This document shows, piece by piece, positions 30,832 to 39,261 of a stretch of 64,000 nucleotides of DNA. The stretch's first letter is position 1, and each line of letters starts with the position of its first letter. The notes beneath the pieces are model-generated. The model searched no databases and was not told the DNA's origin. It saw nothing but the letters and a program-made list of their open reading frames with translations. The stretch is from IMG/VR virus record IMGVR_UViG_3300034104_003795, positions 124,001 through 188,000 of that record. One strand, written 5' to 3'. The position numbers and the translations under genes are program-made.

Positions 30832-30863
30832 CAAATTTACGAAACTTTTTGGATATTACCAAA
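30832..30863 (-). promoter_or_regulatory. Bacteroidota-type promoter heading the AsnB-GNAT-MTase operon
   Basis: TTTG-N20-TAAATTTG, only 4 nt before the ATG at 30827. Confidence 0.7.
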
Positions 30864-30864
30864 T

Positions 30865-31134
30865 TTATTTTATAGCATCATTAATAGCATTTGTATATGC
30901 TACTTTAGCTGCTAAACCTTGAAATCTTTCTAAAACTACACCATCTTTTTCAATTATTACTAATGGAATAGATGTAACATTATATTGTACCGATTCTTCT
31001 GGAGAATTATCAACATCATATTCAACGAATGTTGCTTTACCTTCAAACTCTTTTTTAATTCCCTCTAATACAGGTGCCAATGCTCTACAAGGACCACACC
31101 ACGCTGCCCCAAATTTTTTAACTACTACACTCAT
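30865..31134 (-). CDS. trxA: Thioredoxin
   Basis: WCGPC active site and SIP cis-proline motif. Confidence 0.95.
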   Translation of the reverse strand: MSVVVKKFGAAWCGPCRALAPVLEGIKKEFEGKATFVEYDVDNSPEESVQYNVTSIPLVIIEKDGVVLERFQGLAAKVAYTNAINDAIK

Positions 31135-31318
31135 CGTTTTCTTTTTTATATATTTTTTCTAATTCTATATTTCCCTTTATATGTTTAGGTTCGTAAGGAC
31201 AGTGTCTACACCCATTCCCACAACAATATCCACGTTCTATGTGGTATTCCGGTGTAAACACTACCCTACTACCTTCAAAGTAATATAGGTTCTTATCGGT
31301 TTCCGCGAATCGAGCCAT
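31118..31318 (-). CDS. Small Cys-rich protein (DUF5522-like)
   Basis: RGYCCGNGCRHCPY motif. Confidence 0.7.
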   Translation of the reverse strand: MARFAETDKNLYYFEGSRVVFTPEYHIERGYCCGNGCRHCPYEPKHIKGNIELEKIYKKENDECSS

Positions 31319-31359
31319 ATATTCCGTTTACTATATTTTGTACCAAGTTATCGTGCATC

Positions 31360-33216
31360 TTACTTAACTTCACACGCACCACCCGCACATGCCAACTCAC
31401 CACTTAAGTCAGTTGTATCTTCTAACTCTATAACTTTACTTAAATCAACATCGTGCAATGTTTTCATAAGTTCTTCGTATTTTTCTTTTGTACAATCTTC
31501 AAATGGAGCCTGGATATAAGTTCCACCATCGTACGGTAATACTGAAAGACCATTATAGAATTCTTTGTTTTCCCACATCCACTCACCAACTGCTTTCCAC
31601 TCATGCTCTCTAATAGAAACAGTTGCAGATACATTGTGTGTATTGTTACCGCTTCTATGACCAGGCTTAACCCACTCGCTATGTACTCTCTTAACTCTCT
31701 CTAATAATTGAATTGGAGATTCAGTTCTAAAGATTGCATCTGCTGGTGCCTTTTGTGGAATACCAATTACGGCAGTATCATGTGGTCTGAAATATTCATC
31801 TTCAACCAATTCAGGATGATGTAATACTAAATGAGAATAAATTGATTCATTCTTACCAACTCTTACTCTACGAATGTAGTAATCATTGTGCCAAGCGTGA
31901 ATTCCAGAAGATGTACCCAAAGTTAATGATGTTGTTCCGGCAGGCTTTACGGTTGTACATCTTGCCGAAGCGTTGATTCCCATTAAATCAGCTACTCTTT
32001 TATTTTCTTCTTTAACAATTTTAGCCGCTGCCTTCATATCATGCTTTAAAATAGCACCACTTCCGATACCAGTCATAGATATTCCAATCAACGCATCCTT
32101 TTCGGTTGTTCTTTGCCAAATTGGTCTTAAATAATGGAAGTCAGTATATCCAGCTTGCAATGTTCCAATGAACGATGCTGCTTTAACTCTTTCTTCCAAA
32201 TCAGTTTGGTCTATAATATCACTTACGTTTACTTCACATAAGTTACAGAATTGATAAGGTCTTAATGCAATTTCACAACAAGGATTAGTTCCCCAATCTT
32301 TATCATTACTTAAATAGATACCAGGTTCACCGGCTCCACTTGCTTCAATTCTTTTCCATAAGTCCATAAAATAATCTTTTGTGATTTTATGTCTCATTAA
32401 TACCGCAGAGTTATTTGCTCTACCTCTTTGCGGATTTGTTTCCCACCATGCACCACTCTTACAACTAATCATTTTTTCATCGGTTGCTGAAAATAATGAA
32501 ATAAGTGCTGCTCTACGAATACCACCTGCCAATACTGCATCTGCAATATGACAAATAATATCATGTACTTCAATTGGTTCTAATTTATCACCGTCTTTGT
32601 GTGCATCTAATATACCTTCTACTTTAATCAAACACTCTTTAAGTGGTTGAGGTCCAGGTGCTTTACCACCCGAAGTAATTAATCTTGCACCCTTTGGTCT
32701 AATATCTCTAAAATCAAACTGCGGTTTACTTCCGCCAAAGAAGTATGCTTTCATTAATACTAACACAGCATCTGCCCATCCTTCAATAGAATCACCAATA
32801 AGAAATCTTCTTGTCTTATCTGCATTTGGTTTTCTAATTTCAGGTAAAGCATCAACGTGATGTTTTTGAACAGAGTAACCTACACCCGTTCCACCTAATA
32901 AAAGAAACATAATTTCTGAAAACACTCTCCAATCATCTGCTGGTGCGAATGCACAATTGTAAATTCTATTTGGTGAAATTTCAATTGGTTTACCAGCAAA
33001 CTGCATTGAACGCATTGATGGTAATACCTTTTTATCATACACGAATTTGTAGTTCTCTCTAATTTCGTTTTCTAATTTTGGGAACTTCTTAATATGCATA
33101 TCCATATTACGAGTAACTAATTCTTCCCATGTTTCTCTTCTGTTTAATTCCGGTACATACTTCGCATATTTCATATATACTGTAATGTCCGATAAAATTC
33201 GTGTTGAAATGTCCAT
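31360..33216 (-). CDS. nrdJ: Class II (adenosylcobalamin-dependent) ribonucleotide reductase
   Basis: TNPCCEI, CNLCEV, VKPAGT and C-terminal ACAGGAC; no beta subunit nearby. Confidence 0.9.
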   Translation of the reverse strand: MDISTRILSDITVYMKYAKYVPELNRRETWEELVTRNMDMHIKKFPKLENEIRENYKFVYDKKVLPSMRSMQFAGKPIEISPNRIYNCAFAPADDWRVFSEIMFLLLGGTGVGYSVQKHHVDALPEIRKPNADKTRRFLIGDSIEGWADAVLVLMKAYFFGGSKPQFDFRDIRPKGARLITSGGKAPGPQPLKECLIKVEGILDAHKDGDKLEPIEVHDIICHIADAVLAGGIRRAALISLFSATDEKMISCKSGAWWETNPQRGRANNSAVLMRHKITKDYFMDLWKRIEASGAGEPGIYLSNDKDWGTNPCCEIALRPYQFCNLCEVNVSDIIDQTDLEERVKAASFIGTLQAGYTDFHYLRPIWQRTTEKDALIGISMTGIGSGAILKHDMKAAAKIVKEENKRVADLMGINASARCTTVKPAGTTSLTLGTSSGIHAWHNDYYIRRVRVGKNESIYSHLVLHHPELVEDEYFRPHDTAVIGIPQKAPADAIFRTESPIQLLERVKRVHSEWVKPGHRSGNNTHNVSATVSIREHEWKAVGEWMWENKEFYNGLSVLPYDGGTYIQAPFEDCTKEKYEELMKTLHDVDLSKVIELEDTTDLSGELACAGGACEVK

Positions 33217-33380
33217 AATTTTTTGTGATTTGATTGTTTAATAATTTTTTTCAGGAAAACCCCAAAATGAAAATATAAATATGGGGTGTCTGACTAAACA
33301 ATACACGTTTGTGGATAAAAAATCCACTTTTTTTAAAATATTTTTATTTGTTAAAATAGGTGTCTATTATAACATATAAG

Positions 33381-33400
33381 AGGGGAGCCGTAGCCCCCCT
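33381..33400 (-). terminator. GC-rich hairpin with cUACGg tetraloop after the Hc1-like gene
   Basis: Minus strand AGGGGGGC-TACG-GCTCCCCT, 6 nt after the stop; the U-tract is weak. Confidence 0.55.
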
Positions 33401-33406
33401 ATCATA

Positions 33407-33580
33407 TTACGCTTTTCCTTCTTCTGTTGAAGCTTTCTTATAAGCAGTTACTAATTTCTTCAACTCACCAATTGCTTTTCTAGCTCTTGATTTGTTTACT
33501 TTTTTAGTACCATTGTGTTCTGTTTCAAAGGTTGTAAAATGTCCTTTGATTTGCTCAAATAATTCTTGACTTGTTGCCAT
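33407..33580 (-). CDS. Histone H1-like (Hc1-type) small basic nucleoid protein; not in ORF track
   Basis: Manual translation MATSQELFEQIKGHFTTFETEHNGTKKVNKSRARKAIGELKKLVTAYKKASTEEGKA (57 aa) resembles the Bacteroidota Hc1-like RARKA..ELKK...Y/FRKAS pattern. Confidence 0.75.
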   Translation of the reverse strand: MATSQELFEQIKGHFTTFETEHNGTKKVNKSRARKAIGELKKLVTAYKKASTEEGKA

Positions 33581-33599
33581 AGTTTTTGTTTTTTAATTG

Positions 33600-34994
33600 T
33601 TATCCTAATCCCGTAACCAGTTGCGGTTTGTTTCCAACCGGCATACTTTCAACATATTTCTTATGTAATAGTTGTCTTTCTATTTCATTCCCATTTGCAC
33701 TAGCCTTTTGTGCTAATACCCCATCGGTTGATGATGCTGTATATACTTCCAATGTACCATCGGTTGTATTCATTTTAGCTGGGAATGTTATACCATCTTG
33801 TCCAAATCGGTTTTTCATAACATGCACTCTTGCAGTGTTACTCAACTTATCTTTAGCTTTTCTACTCAAACTCATAATAAAGTCAGCGTTCATTACTTTA
33901 GCGTATGAATCTGCAATTTTATCAGCTTCAATAACCTCACTATCAATTGCTGAACGATTTGTTTGTGATGCTGTCCAAATTGGTATTCCTAACTCACCAC
34001 TCATTCCTCTTAAATCAATGTACACTCCACCTTGTTCAGCGTATGTACTATCGGTTTTGTTTGAATGTGATAATAACAAATCGGCATAATCCACAATAAC
34101 TAAATCGGGCTTATTACCGGCTGCTATCATCTTTTCTAAGTGAGCTTGAATTGTTTTTGAAGATGCACCTTTTGGTGGGAAGTATTTAATTTTAAGTTTA
34201 CCTCTTAATTTTTTCAGAGATGTTAATACTTTTTCTTTCTTATCAACCAATTCATGTGATGGTATGTGTGAAAATACAGTATCATATCGTAAACCAACAT
34301 ATTCTTGTGATAATTCCAATGAATAATGTGCAACGGTCTTTCCAGCTCTTACAGCTGCAGCTCCCAAAGCACATAATACCCAAGTCTTACCAACACCGGA
34401 TGGTGCAACTACAACCCCCAATTCGCCAGGTCCTAATCCACCATTCATAAGTTCATTGATACATTCCCAATCAGTACCAACAGTATCTCTTTTTGTTTCA
34501 TCATACCTTTTTTCAAAATCAATAAGGTAATCCATACCCAAATCGGCATCAACACCAACCTTCATTGCCTTATCAACCAAGTCTTTGATTTTATCATAGT
34601 TACCTGATTTCAACAAGTCAATAGATTGTACAATTACATTTTTTAAATTTTGATTAATACAAAATGAAGTAAACTCATCTTTGATATATTCAAAATCAGT
34701 ATTACCGATTTGTCCATATATTTCTTTAAGTTGTCCTACAATTGTTTTTTGTAAAGATTGATTATCAATTTTAGATACCTGAACTTTAAATACGTCCAAC
34801 GAAGGCACTTTATTGTAATCTTTATGATGCGATACAATCTCATCCACTATCCACTTATTCGCTTCCGATTCAAAGAATTTTTTATGAATAACATCGGATA
34901 ATGTATTCATCATTCTATCATCGGTAAGCAAAGCAGATATTACTTTGGTTTGAAATGATTGTCCGTATTTTGAAAGTGTGTCTTCGCTCTGCAT
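33600..34994 (-). CDS. Replicative DnaB-like helicase (T4 gp41-like)
   Basis: APSGVGKT, IVDYADL, TASQTNR and KNRFG motifs. Confidence 0.93.
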   Translation of the reverse strand: MQSEDTLSKYGQSFQTKVISALLTDDRMMNTLSDVIHKKFFESEANKWIVDEIVSHHKDYNKVPSLDVFKVQVSKIDNQSLQKTIVGQLKEIYGQIGNTDFEYIKDEFTSFCINQNLKNVIVQSIDLLKSGNYDKIKDLVDKAMKVGVDADLGMDYLIDFEKRYDETKRDTVGTDWECINELMNGGLGPGELGVVVAPSGVGKTWVLCALGAAAVRAGKTVAHYSLELSQEYVGLRYDTVFSHIPSHELVDKKEKVLTSLKKLRGKLKIKYFPPKGASSKTIQAHLEKMIAAGNKPDLVIVDYADLLLSHSNKTDSTYAEQGGVYIDLRGMSGELGIPIWTASQTNRSAIDSEVIEADKIADSYAKVMNADFIMSLSRKAKDKLSNTARVHVMKNRFGQDGITFPAKMNTTDGTLEVYTASSTDGVLAQKASANGNEIERQLLHKKYVESMPVGNKPQLVTGLG

Positions 34995-35011
34995 TTATCT
35001 TTATTGGTTTA

Positions 35012-35043
35012 CAAATATACAACAATTTAGTGATACCACCAAA
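35012..35043 (-). promoter_or_regulatory. Bacteroidota-type -33/-7 promoter
   Basis: TTTG-N20-TATATTTG upstream of the helicase. Confidence 0.7.
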
Positions 35044-36102
35044 TTATTTTACTATAATATTCGTGTATGTTGATTTTAGCCAATCGTTTATATCTTTCCA
35101 GTTTTGAAGAATTTTATACTTCATAGCTGCTCTGATAAATTCCATCTTATCAAACTTTTTGTTTGGTTCGGCAAAACGGTCATTTATTTTCAACTTTGTA
35201 TTTGTATTGATATGTGGTTCTTGCAATTGCATGATTTGTCTATTTCTCAAAACATCATCTTTGGCCGCAAGTATATCTTCATAGATTTTAGCTTCTTTCC
35301 TTCTATCTTCGCATATTTGAAAGAACTCATCAAAAGTTATTTCTCTATCTTCCGATAATTCAGGAAATCTTTTAAGAACAGTCTTTAATCCACATCCTTT
35401 AACACCAGGCACATTATCAGAATTATCTCCATCCAATGTTCTGAATAGTAAAAGATTTTGCGGATACATTCCCCATTCTGATTTAACTAATTCTCTATCG
35501 TAAAGTTTCTTTTTAGTTGGTGAAAATACTTTTGTTTTTTCATCTACTAGTTGTAAAAAATCTTTATCAGTAGAAACGATGTAACATTCTTCATCTTCAC
35601 CAAGCACATGCCTAGCTATGTGTCCTATTACATCATCCGCTTCAATACCATCATATATCATTGTAGTAATTGGTAAACTATCTAACAAGTCTACTAACCA
35701 TACAAATTGTCTTTTCATTGAAATTTGTTCATCTTCTTGAGTCATCATTTCAGGATACTGACGATTTACTCTAAAACGATTCTTACCTCTATCAGCTTTA
35801 TATCCTTCAAATAATTCTTTCCTGCCTTTTGAACCACCCTTACCATCAAAGGTTAAGATAACTCTGGTTGGATTGAATTGACGAATTTGATATCCGATTG
35901 AATTTAATGAACCAATAACTCCACCCGTATGTTCACCATCCTCATTCATAATGGGATTAGTAGTCCAACTACGGATGAAGGTATTGAGTCCATCTATGAT
36001 AAGAACTCTACCATTCCTTACCCTTTGGGCATTAGATTCATGTTCAGATTCTACTTCATTGAGTAATTTTTTGTATAAGTCTTTCATATTTTTTTGTAAC
36101 AT
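35044..36102 (-). CDS. 5'-3' exonuclease / flap endonuclease (T4 RNase H-like)
   Basis: IIDGLN, EADDVI, STDKDFLQL and GDNSDNVPGVKGCG. Confidence 0.92.
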   Translation of the reverse strand: MLQKNMKDLYKKLLNEVESEHESNAQRVRNGRVLIIDGLNTFIRSWTTNPIMNEDGEHTGGVIGSLNSIGYQIRQFNPTRVILTFDGKGGSKGRKELFEGYKADRGKNRFRVNRQYPEMMTQEDEQISMKRQFVWLVDLLDSLPITTMIYDGIEADDVIGHIARHVLGEDEECYIVSTDKDFLQLVDEKTKVFSPTKKKLYDRELVKSEWGMYPQNLLLFRTLDGDNSDNVPGVKGCGLKTVLKRFPELSEDREITFDEFFQICEDRRKEAKIYEDILAAKDDVLRNRQIMQLQEPHINTNTKLKINDRFAEPNKKFDKMEFIRAAMKYKILQNWKDINDWLKSTYTNIIVK

Positions 36103-36106
36103 TTAA

Positions 36107-37228
36107 TTAATCACCGATTACTTCTGAGTCTGTCACCAAACTATCAGTATCCAATGAATCTTTTTTGTATTGTGAAATTGTTGCTTCACAAATCCTTTTA
36201 TAGATTTGTTCTTTTATTTCCTGATTAGATTCTAATGTTGTTGGAAAATCTTTGGATTGAAATTTAATCACTTCGCCTGAATCAATATCAATATATTCAT
36301 ACCAAGCTCCTGATTGTTTTACAATACCATTATCCTTCATTAATCCTAACCAAGCACCATAGTTATCAATGCCTCTGTCAAAGAAGATATCAAAATCAGC
36401 GGAACGTAACGGTGGTCCCATACGATTTTTTACTACTTGACAACGAACTTTAATACCTACGATTCTTTCGTTACCATTTTCTTTAGCCTTAATCGTTCCC
36501 ATACTCTTTAATCTCAAACGAACTGATGCGTGGAAAGCAATTGCTTTACCACCAGAAGTTGTCCAAGGGTCAGAGAATGGCATTGCGTTCATCTTCTGTC
36601 TTAATTGATTTGTGAAAACCAAAGTGATTTTCTGTCTACCAATTAAGTTAGTAATTTTACGCATTGCTTTGGAAATGATAATTGCTTTATCGGTAGCGTA
36701 ACCATCTTTACCATAATCAGCTTCCATCTCCTTTTCAGTTGATGCCGCTGCTACTGAATCCACAACGATTGTTACATACTTATCTTTTGAGTTAGTTCTC
36801 ACTTTCTCAATAATGGTTTCGGTATATTCAAAACATTGTTCAACAGTTTCAGCTGCTACATAAAGTAATTTGGTTGTATCTACTCCAATGGCTTCCAAGA
36901 ACTCTCTACTTACGGCGTTTTCAGTATCAATCAACACAGCGATACCACCTAACTTTTGTGTTTCGGCAAGTAAGTGTGCTGAAAGTAATGATTTGCCGCT
37001 TTGTTCCAATCCTGTCACTTCGGTAATTCTACCAACAGGCAAACCACCATACGGGCGATTTGAGATAGCCACATCTAACATTGATGCTCCGGTTGAAATC
37101 CATCCCTCTACATTTGTGGGAGCTTCATCCGAGTCCAAAAAGAATGCTACCTTTTGGTCTTTTGATTGTTTGTTAAGGGACTCAGCAAGTACTGCTGCCA
37201 AGTCTATTTCCTTAGTTGCTTTAGCCAT
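36107..37228 (-). CDS. recA: RecA/UvsX recombinase
   Basis: GLEQSGKS, IDTENA, VVDSVAA, NQLR, GGKAIAFHASVR and KNRMGPP. Confidence 0.95.
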   Translation of the reverse strand: MAKATKEIDLAAVLAESLNKQSKDQKVAFFLDSDEAPTNVEGWISTGASMLDVAISNRPYGGLPVGRITEVTGLEQSGKSLLSAHLLAETQKLGGIAVLIDTENAVSREFLEAIGVDTTKLLYVAAETVEQCFEYTETIIEKVRTNSKDKYVTIVVDSVAAASTEKEMEADYGKDGYATDKAIIISKAMRKITNLIGRQKITLVFTNQLRQKMNAMPFSDPWTTSGGKAIAFHASVRLRLKSMGTIKAKENGNERIVGIKVRCQVVKNRMGPPLRSADFDIFFDRGIDNYGAWLGLMKDNGIVKQSGAWYEYIDIDSGEVIKFQSKDFPTTLESNQEIKEQIYKRICEATISQYKKDSLDTDSLVTDSEVIGD

Positions 37229-37241
37229 ATATTAACTTATT

Positions 37242-38063
37242 TTATGAATTGAAAAGGTCATCAAATGCCGCTGCCACATCATCTAATTTTTTAGCTGGCG
37301 CTGCCGCTGGTTTTGATGGAGTTGTATCAAATGGTGCTTCATCATCATCATTTTTAGCAGTTGATGAAAGTGTTTCAGCTGATGCTGATTTTTCATCTTC
37401 CGATGTTGCTGATGGATTTAACCAACCTTCTAATACATTTTTCAATTCTGCATAAGTTAATTCTGAATAAAGTTCAGTAATTTCTTTTTGAGAAGTTAAA
37501 TACTTGTCCGTATCTTCTTTAGATGTTGCCAATGGAGTTTCCTTTGGTTTAACACGGATTGTTGTTACAGGGTAAGATGTACCACTGTCTTCAGCTGATA
37601 CTACTTCAACAGTAATATCTCTACCTTCATTTGGGTCAGTAATATCACCGTAATCAGGATCTGCCATATAACCAAGAATCTCTTGATATACAGTTTTTCC
37701 AAAGCCCCAAAATTTTACACCTTCACCTTCTTCACCTCTTACCAATACTGGTACAAAAGTTCTAAGTTTCGGCTCCATTTTTTTAGCAGCTTTCCAATCT
37801 TCCTTATCACCCATTCTTTTAAGTTTGTCAGCAAACTCAACAATTGGGTCAGGTCTACCGAATGACATCGGAGATAGATAAGTTTTGTTGTTAATGTTGT
37901 AGTGAAAGTACAATTCAATGAAAGGATTCTCTTTGTTGAATTTGTAAGGGACTAAACGAATAGTGTGTTTTCCCGGTGCTGGTTTCCAAAGTTCTACAGT
38001 TGTTCTTTGGGTGTTTTGCAGTTTGTTAAGTCTGCTCTTAATTGCGTCTAAATTAATAGCCAT
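37242..38063 (-). CDS. Single-stranded DNA-binding protein (gp32-like)
   Basis: WKPAPGKHTIR, GFGKTVY, YGDITD..GRD and an acidic tail ending FDDLFNS. Confidence 0.85.
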   Translation of the reverse strand: MAINLDAIKSRLNKLQNTQRTTVELWKPAPGKHTIRLVPYKFNKENPFIELYFHYNINNKTYLSPMSFGRPDPIVEFADKLKRMGDKEDWKAAKKMEPKLRTFVPVLVRGEEGEGVKFWGFGKTVYQEILGYMADPDYGDITDPNEGRDITVEVVSAEDSGTSYPVTTIRVKPKETPLATSKEDTDKYLTSQKEITELYSELTYAELKNVLEGWLNPSATSEDEKSASAETLSSTAKNDDDEAPFDTTPSKPAAAPAKKLDDVAAAFDDLFNS

Positions 38064-38068
38064 TTTCT

Positions 38069-38140
38069 TTTAAGTTTTAAGAGTTTAAGGTTTAAAACGT
38101 TTATGTTTTAAGGTTGGATTATAGTGTCTTTCCTACACTT
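38069..38140 (-). promoter_or_regulatory. Candidate SSB autogenous translational operator (UUAAA repeats plus 5' hairpin)
   Basis: Five TTAAA copies in 43 nt just before the ATG, preceded by AGTGT-AGGAAAG-ACACT. Confidence 0.5.
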
Positions 38141-38169
38141 CCGTTACATTAATAAATATAATAGAAATA

Positions 38170-38201
38170 CAAATATACAACAATTTTCCGATATTTCCAA
38201 A
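38170..38201 (-). promoter_or_regulatory. Bacteroidota-type promoter (proximal of a tandem pair)
   Basis: TTTG-N20-TATATTTG. Confidence 0.7.
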
Positions 38202-38248
38202 TCTTTTTTTGTAATAAATTTCCATCTATTTTCTTATCAAATGTGTAA

Positions 38249-38280
38249 CAAATATACGATAAATTTGTGACAATACCAAA
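38249..38280 (-). promoter_or_regulatory. Bacteroidota-type promoter (distal of a tandem pair)
   Basis: TTTG-N20-TATATTTG. Confidence 0.7.
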
Positions 38281-38281
38281 T

Positions 38282-38313
38282 AAAAAAGGGAGAATTTTTA
38301 GTTTCTCCCTTTT
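38282..38313 (-). terminator. Intrinsic terminator
   Basis: Stem AAAAGGGAGAA/TTCTCCCTTTT running into a T-tract just after the 38316 stop. Confidence 0.8.
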
Positions 38314-38315
38314 GT

Positions 38316-39209
38316 TTATTTTTTAATCATTGATGTTAGTTTCGTTGAACTTTCTTTTACATTATCTCTATGATTCCATACTTTATTTTTGTCATCATAT
38401 CGGTAACCTAAATTTATCGCTGCATCAGCAAATCCTTTTTCATCAAAATTCTTACTACCAAATTTTCCAAAATCATATCCCATATCAGATAAAGCGTTAT
38501 ATAATTCCTCATCATCTTGTCCATCTACATCAGAATCATCATTATCATCCATGTCATCTCTATGATTCCATACTTTATTTTTGTCATCATATCGGTAACC
38601 TAAATTTATTGCTGCATCGGCGAATCCTTCTTCATCAAAATCATCACTGCCAAGTTCTCCGAAATCATATCCCATATCATACAAAGCATCGTATAATTCA
38701 TCATCAGTTTGTCCATCAATATCTTGTTTAACTGATTGTGAATATTTCGTATTAGAATCAGATTGTGAATATTTAGCAATTACATCTTTAGCGTATTTGT
38801 TACCATCAATACCACTAACTGCCGTTCTAAAATCAAATACATCTAACTCACCTGAATTTAAAGCATCGGATACTTTGGAAAGGTCTACACCATTCTTATC
38901 TGCCCAACCTGCTAACTGTTTTGGGACCATTTGAGCTCTAGATGCTACTGCAATAACAGGATCAGCTTTTGGAGCTTCTCCGCCTCTATCTTTTGCATAA
39001 TCTCCACCAAACATATCATTTGGTTTTGCAGATGCTTTAGGAGTTTTATCTTTTTTATCTTTAGGGTCTAAATGAGAACCAGCTTTCAATGCTGCATCTT
39101 TAGCTTGTGGTGTTTTGAAATAAACAAGTTTTCCACTTTCTTTACTTCTTGCTACCAATTTAGGGTCTATATTAGCTTCCAGTAATTCTTTTAATCTGAT
39201 ATTTGCCAT
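38316..39209 (-). CDS. Hypothetical acidic protein with a tandem duplicated ~60 aa domain (possible internal head protein)
   Basis: Two copies of DxDGQ.D.ELY.AL.DMGYDFG...FDE.GFADAAINLGYRYDDKNKVWNHRD. Confidence 0.7.
   Translation of the reverse strand: MANIRLKELLEANIDPKLVARSKESGKLVYFKTPQAKDAALKAGSHLDPKDKKDKTPKASAKPNDMFGGDYAKDRGGEAPKADPVIAVASRAQMVPKQLAGWADKNGVDLSKVSDALNSGELDVFDFRTAVSGIDGNKYAKDVIAKYSQSDSNTKYSQSVKQDIDGQTDDELYDALYDMGYDFGELGSDDFDEEGFADAAINLGYRYDDKNKVWNHRDDMDDNDDSDVDGQDDEELYNALSDMGYDFGKFGSKNFDEKGFADAAINLGYRYDDKNKVWNHRDNVKESSTKLTSMIKK
38364..38609. repeat. Direct repeat with a 54 bp identical core and 192 bp period
   Basis: 38364..38417 equals 38556..38609; flanks are similar but diverged. 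Confidence 0.9.
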
Positions 39210-39226
39210 TTTTTTACTTTATAATA

Positions 39227-39258
39227 TAAATATACGATTTTTTTATAAATCTACCAAA
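39227..39258 (-). promoter_or_regulatory. Composite promoter: host-type (variant -7) overlapping the ATATTTAT motif
   Basis: TTTG-N20-TATATTTA, with ATATTTAT at 39226..39233. Confidence 0.55.
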
Positions 39259-39261
39259 TTA

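Noticed and set aside
21508-34994. Inteins or group I introns in PolB, RNR or helicase
   Set aside because: Lengths match uninterrupted homologs, and no splicing or homing-endonuclease motifs were seen.
38133-38225. 30-codon ORF MEIYYKKRFGNIGKLLYICISIIFINVTEV between the tandem promoters
   Set aside because: Its sequence is largely the translated promoter motifs, and hydrophobicity is expected from AT-rich DNA. Ribosome profiling would be needed to rescue it.
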